In this document: in pieces, positions 55,110 to 63,141 of the stretch
Layout: each line of letters begins with the position of its first letter
How positions within the stretch are numbered: position 1 is the stretch's first letter
DNA from: Candidatus Nomurabacteria bacterium
GTDB lineage: Bacteria; Patescibacteriota; Minisyncoccia; Phycocordibacterales; UBA10002
DNA: 64,000 nt
NCBI GenBank assembly: GCA_943354745.1
Contig: CALRDB010000001.1
Span: forward strand, 203 to 64,202
Direction of reading: 5' to 3'
Translations under genes and position numbers: made by a program
Notes under the pieces: generated by a model
Told to the model about the DNA's origin: nothing
What the model saw: the letters and a program-made list of their open reading frames with translations, nothing else
The model's database searches: none

Positions 55110-56891
55110 ATGAACATTATCCGTACACTCGCTAATACGCTCTCGCTCTTTCGTCGCGCCTTTGGGGGGTACACATGGAATATTACCCTTATGGCTGTTC
55201 TCAGTTTTGTAAGTGGCCTTCTGGAGGGGCTTGGCGTTACTGCAGTGATTCCGCTTCTTTCGTTTATCGGCGGCGGCGAAAAAGCAACTGACGCCATCTC
55301 GATCGCCATTGCGGGACTATTCCGGTATTTTAATATTTCTTACACCGCAAAATTTCTTTTGTTATTTATTATTCTTCTCTTTCTAATCAAAGCGGTATTT
55401 TCTTTTTTGTCGCAACAAATCACCGCGCACATTATGGCGGATTTTGAGAAAAAGATGCGAATCAAACTTCTCGCTTCGACGTTCGCCACACGCTGGTCGT
55501 TTCTTTCTTCTCAAAAAGTCGGCCATCTGGACCAGATGCTTACGACTGAGGTTGCTGCAAGTTCATCGATTCTCTATTACCTCAGTAGTTCGATATTGGT
55601 CATCGCAAACCTCGTGGTGTACAGCGCTTTGGTCTTCAATATATCATCCAGCGTTGCTCTCCTTGCTATTTTTTCTGGGATGGTAATTTTCCTCGTTTTT
55701 CTTCCTTTGCTCCGACGCGCCAAGATTATTTCGATCGATATGGTACGGGAGAATAAGAGACTTGCTCATTTTGCGAACGAACATATTATCGGTGCGAAGA
55801 CGATTAAGGCTATGCATCTTGAACGGGCTGCACTTGAAAAGGGTGTGATGCTACTTACGATAATGCAGAAATTATATTTGAAGACCTCTCTTCTAAAAAA
55901 TATGACAACCGCTCTCATTCAGCTTTCAGGTGTCTTTTTCATCATTGGCCTGTTTGCTTTTTTGTATAAGACTTCCGCCTTTCAGTTCGCTTCTTTTGCT
56001 GTCGTGGTCTACGCTCTGAATAAGGTAATTACCAACGTTCAATACGCTCAAAATCAAGCCCATGTCATAAGTTCGCAGACACCATACTTGCAAAGTATCT
56101 TACGATATCAAGATGATGCTTCGGATAATCTTGAGTCCGACAAGGGAACCATGCCTTTTTGTTTTGAGAAAGAAATCGTCTTTTCCAAAGTACAGTTTTC
56201 ATATCGCCCGGGGGAATCAGCTCTTTCCTCTGTGGATTTTTCAATTAAAAAGGGAGAGGCAATCGGTCTCGTTGGCCCCTCCGGATCCGGTAAGACAACC
56301 ATTGTGGATTTGTTACTTCGACTTATTAGTCCAGACAGTGGAGGTATTCTGATTGATGGTAAGAATGTGACCGATATAAGTTTGGATGAGTGGCGAAGTC
56401 ACATCGGTTACATGTCTCAGGATGTATTTTTACTTAATGACACAATCGAGAATAACATTAAATTTTACAGTTCATCAGTCACCAATCACGACATGATACA
56501 CGCCGCCAAGATGGCAAACATCTATGACTTTGTGATGACGCAGCCAGATGGATTTAAGACTGAAGTAGGAGAGCGTGGTCTCGCGCTTTCGGGCGGGCAA
56601 CGTCAGCGCATCGCGCTGGCGCGTGTTCTTGCAAGGAAGCCTGAGCTTCTCATTCTTGATGAGGCAACAAGCGCACTCGACAGCGAATCGGAAGCACTTA
56701 TTCAAGAATCCATCTCCGGTCTAAAGGGAGAACTGACGGTTGTGGCAATCGCACACCGACTCTCAACAATCATGAACTCAGATCGTTTGTTTATTTTGGA
56801 AAAGGGTCGAATACTCGAAGAGGGAACTCCTTCCGAATTGTCGGTTAATGTGGAATCCAGGTTTGCCAAACTGTACAATCGTGAGGTTTAA
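55110..56891 (+). CDS. ABC transporter, fused permease/ATPase (type I exporter, MsbA/PglK-like flippase candidate)
   Basis: It has six transmembrane helices followed by Walker A (GPSGSGKTT), the signature LSGGQRQR and Walker B (ILDEATSALD). I place the start at MNIIRTL; the ORF listed from 54891 is an extension. Confidence 0.8.
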   Translation: MNIIRTLANTLSLFRRAFGGYTWNITLMAVLSFVSGLLEGLGVTAVIPLLSFIGGGEKATDAISIAIAGLFRYFNISYTAKFLLLFIILLFLIKAVFSFLSQQITAHIMADFEKKMRIKLLASTFATRWSFLSSQKVGHLDQMLTTEVAASSSILYYLSSSILVIANLVVYSALVFNISSSVALLAIFSGMVIFLVFLPLLRRAKIISIDMVRENKRLAHFANEHIIGAKTIKAMHLERAALEKGVMLLTIMQKLYLKTSLLKNMTTALIQLSGVFFIIGLFAFLYKTSAFQFASFAVVVYALNKVITNVQYAQNQAHVISSQTPYLQSILRYQDDASDNLESDKGTMPFCFEKEIVFSKVQFSYRPGESALSSVDFSIKKGEAIGLVGPSGSGKTTIVDLLLRLISPDSGGILIDGKNVTDISLDEWRSHIGYMSQDVFLLNDTIENNIKFYSSSVTNHDMIHAAKMANIYDFVMTQPDGFKTEVGERGLALSGGQRQRIALARVLARKPELLILDEATSALDSESEALIQESISGLKGELTVVAIAHRLSTIMNSDRLFILEKGRILEEGTPSELSVNVESRFAKLYNREV

Positions 56892-56950
56892 TGTCTCAGG
56901 CTTTTTTACAACAGCCACCTCTCAATAAGAATATATGAAGTAATATACAT

Positions 56951-58399
56951 ATGAGATTATTTTTTATTGGATGGTCAGGAAAGGAGTTAGGTCTTATCGA
57001 TGTTATGGTAAGGCTGAAGAAGACTCATGACATCGTCTATTGGAGCGGCGATCGAAAAGAGTTCGAGTCCTACAAACATGAACTTCCCGGAGTTATTTTT
57101 CATGAACACTTCGATGCGCTTTATGGAATTCCGGCAGAGGGGGTAGATACTACCGTCTTTCTTCCTCCTGGTGATGCGCTCCTACGGACACTTTTGGAAA
57201 CAGAATCAACTGTTCTCACTATGATGAATAAGCGATTTGAGGGGGTGCTCGTCAGCGAACGCAAGCATCTCTATTATCGTCATGTTCGTTACTGGAACGG
57301 GGTTCTCGAAACTCTTCGGCCAGACGCCATTATATTTCCCTGTGCTCCGCATACGGTATACGACTTTGTTCTTTATAGTCTAGCCAAGATAAGAGGCATT
57401 CCCTGTATCTTTTTTGAGTTGACGGTTATTGGTGGGCGATCACTCTCGATGAAGGATTTTGTCACTGGTAATGACGCACTGGCAGAAGCGACAAAAGCCA
57501 ATGCCCACACATCAGTTCGGAAAGAAGATCTTCACGTCGATATTCGGGAGTATTATGAGTGGCAGATAAATAAACGCGCAAGTCACACTCCCGCGTATCT
57601 TACAAAACAAATCGCCGACAATTCGGGGGTGCAGAAGATGATAATCAAATTAAAATCGGTTTGGTTAAATGTGTGGGTACATCGAAACTTCGGCGCGTTT
57701 GTTAAAGTCCTGACACATATTCCGCGCAAATTCATACCAAACATGAGAAAGGAGTATTCCTCCGCGACATCTCTTCCGGATTATTCGAGGCCTTTTCTGT
57801 ACGTCCCTCTTAATTATCAGCCTGAACGAACGTCAAGTCCCCAGGGAGGGTTCTTTGTGGATCAGCTCCTCATGGTTGAAATCTTGTCGGCGTGCCTCCC
57901 ATCCGATTGGCTGATCTACGTAAAAGAACATCCCGCGCAGTGGATGCACCGCGGGCCGGATTTCTTCAGTTATCGGTATAAAGGGTTTTACCAGAGTCTG
58001 GCTACATTGAAGAATGTCAGATTGGTGCCCATGGATACGAGTACCTATACACTGATGAGTAAGGCGGTAGTCGTGGCAACCGTGACCGGCACTGCGGGTT
58101 TCGAGGCTGTTATGCGTTCGAAACCGGTTATCATATTTGGATATCCTTGGTACCAACATGCTCCGGGTGTCCTCAGAGTTTCCGACGTCCCGACTGGCAA
58201 AGAGGCGCTAAAGAAAATAGCGCACGGCTTTGCTCCTTCGCAAGATGACGTGCTACAGTACCTATTCAACTTCCAGGATACGAGCTTTATCGGGTATTGC
58301 GAACCTCACGGGCACGAGGTGGCAAACATAGGCGCGGCTAAAAACACGGAACGTATTGTTAAAGCGATTGAAACAGAATTGAGTGCAGTGAGGTTATAG
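56951..58399 (+). CDS. Paralogue of 42535-44037: GT-B-like HP-motif protein (candidate nonulosonate transferase)
   Basis: It has WLIYVKEHPAQWMHRG...VVVATVTGTAGFEAVMRSKPVIIFG, which aligns with the block in 42535-44037. Confidence 0.45.
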   Translation: MRLFFIGWSGKELGLIDVMVRLKKTHDIVYWSGDRKEFESYKHELPGVIFHEHFDALYGIPAEGVDTTVFLPPGDALLRTLLETESTVLTMMNKRFEGVLVSERKHLYYRHVRYWNGVLETLRPDAIIFPCAPHTVYDFVLYSLAKIRGIPCIFFELTVIGGRSLSMKDFVTGNDALAEATKANAHTSVRKEDLHVDIREYYEWQINKRASHTPAYLTKQIADNSGVQKMIIKLKSVWLNVWVHRNFGAFVKVLTHIPRKFIPNMRKEYSSATSLPDYSRPFLYVPLNYQPERTSSPQGGFFVDQLLMVEILSACLPSDWLIYVKEHPAQWMHRGPDFFSYRYKGFYQSLATLKNVRLVPMDTSTYTLMSKAVVVATVTGTAGFEAVMRSKPVIIFGYPWYQHAPGVLRVSDVPTGKEALKKIAHGFAPSQDDVLQYLFNFQDTSFIGYCEPHGHEVANIGAAKNTERIVKAIETELSAVRL

Positions 58400-58408
58400 T
58401 AATTACAT

Positions 58409-59413
58409 ATGGCTACAGATATATTAAAAGGGAAAACAGTTCTAGTGACCGGAGGAACGGGATCTTTTGGTAAGAGTTTTGTGCGTGAATTATTCGCTCG
58501 GCATGCCGTCAAAAAAGTTATTGTATTCAGCCGGGACGAATTCAAGCAGCATCATATGGAAAAGGAGATGCAAAGCGAGAAGCGTCTACGATTCTTCTTG
58601 GGTGACATCAGAGATATGTCTCGTTTAAGGCGAGCGTTCGCTGGAGTGGATGTCGTGATACACGCTGCCGCGCTTAAGCAAGTTCCGGCACTTGAGTACA
58701 ATCCGTTTGAAGCCATTAAAACAAATGTGATCGGTACGCAAAATGTTATTGAGGCAGCTCTCGATCAAAAGATAAAAAAAGTGGTGCTTATTTCAACCGA
58801 CAAAGCGGCCTATCCTGGAAACTTATATGGCGCAACCAAACTTTGTGCTGAACGGCTCTTCGTTGCGGCTAACTCATACGCGGCAAGACAGACTATTTTT
58901 TCTGTTGTCCGTTACGGGAATGTGCTCGGAAGCAGAGGAAGCTTCGTTGAGACCTTGCTAAAAAATAAAAAGGAAGGAAAGAAAGTTACCATCACCGATC
59001 CTAACATGACACGATTTTGGATTGGTTTAGAACAAGCATACGAACTTGTTGTGTTCGCGCTTCGCCATATGGAAGGAGGAGAGATTTTCATTCCGAAAAT
59101 CCCTAGTATGAATATAGGTGATGTAGTAGAAGCTATTTTCCCTCAAGCAAAAAGAGAAATTGTCGGTCTTCGAGCGGGAGAAAAATTGCATGAGGTCTTA
59201 TTGACCGACCAAGAATCCAGGCATGCTGTGGACTTTAAGCATTATTACGTCGTTCTTCCGGAATTTCATTTCTGGTCGGGTTCTGAGCTCTATCACAACT
59301 ATTTTCAAGTCGGAAAGAAGCTTCCTCTCGGGTTTTCGTATGAAAGCGATACCAACAAAGAGCGTTTAACTATTCAGTCGTTGCGCGATCTTCTCAATGA
59401 TGAACTTATATGA
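58409..59413 (+). CDS. pseB: UDP-N-acetylglucosamine 4,6-dehydratase (inverting), PseB/FlaA1
   Basis: It is near-collinear with Helicobacter PseB over KTVLVTGGTGSFGK, HAAALKQVP, STDKAA.P.NLYGATKL, RYGNV.GSRGS, TDPNMTRFWI, GGEIF.PKIPSM and GEKLHE. Confidence 0.85.
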   Translation: MATDILKGKTVLVTGGTGSFGKSFVRELFARHAVKKVIVFSRDEFKQHHMEKEMQSEKRLRFFLGDIRDMSRLRRAFAGVDVVIHAAALKQVPALEYNPFEAIKTNVIGTQNVIEAALDQKIKKVVLISTDKAAYPGNLYGATKLCAERLFVAANSYAARQTIFSVVRYGNVLGSRGSFVETLLKNKKEGKKVTITDPNMTRFWIGLEQAYELVVFALRHMEGGEIFIPKIPSMNIGDVVEAIFPQAKREIVGLRAGEKLHEVLLTDQESRHAVDFKHYYVVLPEFHFWSGSELYHNYFQVGKKLPLGFSYESDTNKERLTIQSLRDLLNDELI

Positions 59414-60546
59414 TTCCGTACAGTCGTCAATCTGTTGATAAACAAGATGCGGTTGCGGTACAAAAAGTACTACGTTCTGATTGGCTGACACAGGGTCCTG
59501 TAGTGAAGAAATTTGAGGAAGCCTTAGTTGCACAGACAGGTGCTCGGTTCGTGGTAGCATTTTCCTCAGGAACAGCAGCACTCGAGGCTGCCTATTTTGC
59601 GGCGGGAATCAAGAAAGGTGATGAAGTTATTATGTCTCCTCTTACGTTTGCAGCAACAGCGAACGCTGCATTGTGGGCGGGAGCAAAAGTTGTGTTTGCA
59701 GATATCGAAAGCGAGACAGGGAATCTGGATCCGGATGAAGTGATAAGGAAAATTACTACAAGAACAAAGGCAATAGTGCCGGTTGATTACGCGGGACTTC
59801 CCGCAAGACTTCGCGAACTAAAGACTATCGCGAAAAACCATGGAGCCATTCTGATTGAAGATGCGGCGCATTCCCTCGGTGCAAGTTATAGCGGCAAAAG
59901 CATCGGAAGTCTCGCGGATATGACAACATTCAGTTTTCATCCCGTTAAGTCCATCACCACGGGAGAAGGTGGAGCCGTTTCAACAAATAATAAAGCTTTT
60001 TTTGAACGATTGGTACTTTTTCGCGAACACGGAATAACGAAGCATTCCGAAAATTTCGTACTGAAAAATCAAGGAGACTGGTATCACGAGATGCAGGAAC
60101 TTGGGCATAATTATCGACTCACAGATATTCAAGCTGCACTTGGCCTCTCTCAACTCAAGAAGTTGTCGGCTTTTATATCCCGCCGTCGCGAGTTGGCTGC
60201 TCGTTACCAAAAAGCATTTGCGGGTAATACGAGTGTTATTGTCCCGCTTGAGTATTCAGGGGCACTGTCCAGCTGGCATCTCTACCCACTGCGGCTTACT
60301 AGGGATAGGAAAGAACAAAAGACGACTCTTTTTAAAAAATTACGCTCTTTAGGGATTGGAGTTCAGGTACACTACATACCGGTGTACTTGCATCCGTATT
60401 ACCAAAAAATAGGGTATAAGAAAGGCCTGTGTCCGAACGCAGAAGCTTTTTATGAAGCCGAACTTTCTATTCCACTCTATCCTGATTTGTCCCGAAAGGA
60501 CCAGGATTTCGTCATCAAAACAATAAACGAATTGACGGGGTTATAG
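59410..60546 (+). CDS. pseC: UDP-4-amino-4,6-dideoxy-N-acetyl-beta-L-altrosamine transaminase (PseC-like DegT aminotransferase)
   Basis: It has IPYSRQSVDKQDAVAV.KVLRSDWLTQGP and the DegT fold, with a 4-bp overlap with pseB. Confidence 0.75.
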   Translation: MIPYSRQSVDKQDAVAVQKVLRSDWLTQGPVVKKFEEALVAQTGARFVVAFSSGTAALEAAYFAAGIKKGDEVIMSPLTFAATANAALWAGAKVVFADIESETGNLDPDEVIRKITTRTKAIVPVDYAGLPARLRELKTIAKNHGAILIEDAAHSLGASYSGKSIGSLADMTTFSFHPVKSITTGEGGAVSTNNKAFFERLVLFREHGITKHSENFVLKNQGDWYHEMQELGHNYRLTDIQAALGLSQLKKLSAFISRRRELAARYQKAFAGNTSVIVPLEYSGALSSWHLYPLRLTRDRKEQKTTLFKKLRSLGIGVQVHYIPVYLHPYYQKIGYKKGLCPNAEAFYEAELSIPLYPDLSRKDQDFVIKTINELTGL

Positions 60547-60552
60547 GAGGAT

Positions 60553-60801
60553 ATGATCCCGTTAGAGATCAAAAATGTCACTTGGTATGTTTACGTGCTG
60601 CGAAGCGAGAAAAGCGGTTATTGGTATACTGGAAGTACAAAGGATTTACGGAAACGTTTTAGACAGCACAACGAGAATAAATCAACGTATACCAACCAGC
60701 GCGGACCATGGGAGCTTATCTATTATGAATGGTGTAAAGACGAGGAAGATGCTCGGTCGAGAGAATTATACTTAAAATCCGGGATGGGGCGTTACCTGTA
60801 A
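60553..60801 (+). CDS. Small GIY-YIG nuclease-superfamily protein
   Basis: It is 82 aa with WYVYVLRSEKSGYWYTGSTKDLRKRFRQHN (GIY...YIG with conserved Arg) and a conserved Glu later. Confidence 0.65.
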   Translation: MIPLEIKNVTWYVYVLRSEKSGYWYTGSTKDLRKRFRQHNENKSTYTNQRGPWELIYYEWCKDEEDARSRELYLKSGMGRYL

Positions 60802-60833
60802 AATCGTCTAAAACGTTTCCTATCTCTAACGGG

Positions 60834-61796
60834 ATGAAGAAAGCAAAGATCCTAATTGTAGGGGCAGGTTCCATTGGTACCCGGCATATCCGGAACCTTC
60901 TTTCTTTAGGCTATCGTAATCTAGTAGTGTGTGACTCCTCAAAAGAAAAAGTAAAGGAAATTTCTAAACTCGGAATACTTCGAATGTACGAAGATGTTCA
61001 TAAAGCATTAGCTACTGAAAAGCCGGACATAGTCTTCGTTTGTAACCCCACCCATCTCCACATACCTACTGCCGCTCTTTCTCTCGATGCGGGCGCACAT
61101 ATTTTTATTGAAAAACCAATCTCGCACACCCTTCAAGGGGTTGATGCCCTTCATACTGTTGTTACTACAAATAAAAAAGTTGCGATGGTTGCGTGTAATT
61201 TTCGATTTTCGAAAGGATTCCGAAAGTTGGAAAACATTTTACGGAAGCATGTATACGGCACTCCGCTTCTGTGCAGGGTTGCCTTAGGGTATTATCTTCC
61301 AACTGCGCGTAAGGGAGTCTCGCACACGACAACCTATGCAGCAGGCAAAATAGGCGGAGGAGTAGTGCTTGATTCTGGTTCCCATGTCGTTGAGTATCTT
61401 GCCGACTTGTTCGGAAGCGTAAAAGTGAGCAATGTCGTAAAGGGTACGACTCGCACCATTGGCATAGAAGGTGAAGAAACGGCGGGGATGCTTCTCAAAC
61501 ACGCTAATGGTGTTTTAAGTTCGATATCACTTGATTACGTCTCACGTAAATCAATTCACCGACTTGAAATCCTTACCGAAAAAGGGACACTTGTATTAGA
61601 TTTTCGAGGCGATACACTGGTCTATGAAGCAGAAAATAAAACAAGGTTGCTTTATAAGGGAGATGGTGATCTGAATCTGATGTTTTTGGAGGAGGTAAAG
61701 CATTTCATGAAATGTATAACCGATGGGTCTAAACCAAAACAAGACATCTTGGAGGCGAAGAAAACATTGAAAGTGTTGTTAGGCGATATTGACTAA
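60834..61796 (+). CDS. Gfo/Idh/MocA-family oxidoreductase
   Basis: It has KILIVGAGSIGTRH and a GFOR domain. Confidence 0.65.
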   Translation: MKKAKILIVGAGSIGTRHIRNLLSLGYRNLVVCDSSKEKVKEISKLGILRMYEDVHKALATEKPDIVFVCNPTHLHIPTAALSLDAGAHIFIEKPISHTLQGVDALHTVVTTNKKVAMVACNFRFSKGFRKLENILRKHVYGTPLLCRVALGYYLPTARKGVSHTTTYAAGKIGGGVVLDSGSHVVEYLADLFGSVKVSNVVKGTTRTIGIEGEETAGMLLKHANGVLSSISLDYVSRKSIHRLEILTEKGTLVLDFRGDTLVYEAENKTRLLYKGDGDLNLMFLEEVKHFMKCITDGSKPKQDILEAKKTLKVLLGDID

Positions 61797-63126
61797 AATG
61801 AAAAAAAAGACGACAACAAGAAAGGGATCTGTGCTGTGGAATAAAGCCAAAGTGCTTATTCCTGGAGGAAGTCAGCTTCTCTCCAAACGCTCGGAGATGC
61901 TTCTTCCGGGAAGCTGGCCTTCGTATTATGAGAAAGCAAAAGGTATCGAGGTGTGGGACCTTGATGGTAAGAAGTACATCGATTTCTCGACAATGGGAGT
62001 AGGGGTGTGTACGCTTGGCTATGCCGACAGGGAAGTAAATCATGCGGTTAAGTCGGCTATCGATCGGGGTTCTAGTGCCACCTTGAACTGTCCTGAAGAG
62101 GTTGAACTTGCAGAGCTTCTCTGTGAACTTCATCCATGGGCTCACATGGCGAGATTTGCGCGAACCGGTGGTGAGGCGATGGCTATAGCGGTACGCATCG
62201 CGCGAGCCCACACGGGAAAGGAGAAAGTGGCATTTTGTGGGTATCATGGTTGGCATGATTGGTATCTAGCCGCGAATTTGGGAGATACGAAACAGCTAGA
62301 CGGCCATTTGCTTCCCGGTCTTGATCCGGCGGGAGTGCCGCGCTCTCTTAAGGGGACAGCACTTCCTTTTTCGTATAATCATATCGAGGAACTTGAACGT
62401 ATTGTTTCCGCGAACAAGGATATAGGAGTCATTGTTGTAGAACCGCTGAGACATCAAGAACCGAAAGATAATTTCTTACAAAAAGTTGCGGCTATCGCAC
62501 AGAAGAGTGGAGCGGTGTTGATATTTGACGAGATCTCCATAGGTTGGAGGCTTACGGTAGGTGGAGCTCATCTTATGTACGGCGTACACCCTGATATTGC
62601 TGTGTTTGCGAAGGCTATGGGGAATGGTTTTCCTAGCGCTGCAGTCATAGGAACAAAGCATGTTATGGACTCAGCACAAAAGACCTTTATTTCAAGTACG
62701 TATTGGACCGACCGAATTGGTTCGGTCGCGGCTCTTGCTACTATTAAAAAAATGAAGAGGGAACATGTTCCGTTACATCTAAAAAAAATTGGTGGTCTGA
62801 TAAAAGAAGGGTGGGAAATGCTCGCGAGAAAGCATTCCCTTGATATCACGGTACTTGGCCCCGAAGCTCTTGTTACGTTTGTTCTTAATTATGGGGAGAA
62901 AAGCCAAGCACTTCGAACGCTTTTCACGCAAGAAATGCTTGCCCGAGGATATCTTGCTGGAGCAAGCGTCTATGTTTCCTATGCTCATAAAGAGCGTCAA
63001 GTGAAATCGTATCTTAAAGTGGTTGACGAAGTATTTGGAATAGTAAAAAAAGCACAGGAAAGCAAATCTGTCATCCCGTTTCTTAAAGGAGAGGTTGCGC
63101 ACTCTGGCTTTAAGCGCTTAACGTAA
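61789..63126 (+). CDS. Class III PLP aminotransferase (glutamate-1-semialdehyde 2,1-aminomutase-like)
   Basis: It has LIPGGSQLLSKR and an AT-III fold. An alternative start ATG lies at 61798. Confidence 0.65.
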   Translation: MTKMKKKTTTRKGSVLWNKAKVLIPGGSQLLSKRSEMLLPGSWPSYYEKAKGIEVWDLDGKKYIDFSTMGVGVCTLGYADREVNHAVKSAIDRGSSATLNCPEEVELAELLCELHPWAHMARFARTGGEAMAIAVRIARAHTGKEKVAFCGYHGWHDWYLAANLGDTKQLDGHLLPGLDPAGVPRSLKGTALPFSYNHIEELERIVSANKDIGVIVVEPLRHQEPKDNFLQKVAAIAQKSGAVLIFDEISIGWRLTVGGAHLMYGVHPDIAVFAKAMGNGFPSAAVIGTKHVMDSAQKTFISSTYWTDRIGSVAALATIKKMKREHVPLHLKKIGGLIKEGWEMLARKHSLDITVLGPEALVTFVLNYGEKSQALRTLFTQEMLARGYLAGASVYVSYAHKERQVKSYLKVVDEVFGIVKKAQESKSVIPFLKGEVAHSGFKRLT

Positions 63127-63141
63127 TATCTTGATCACTCT

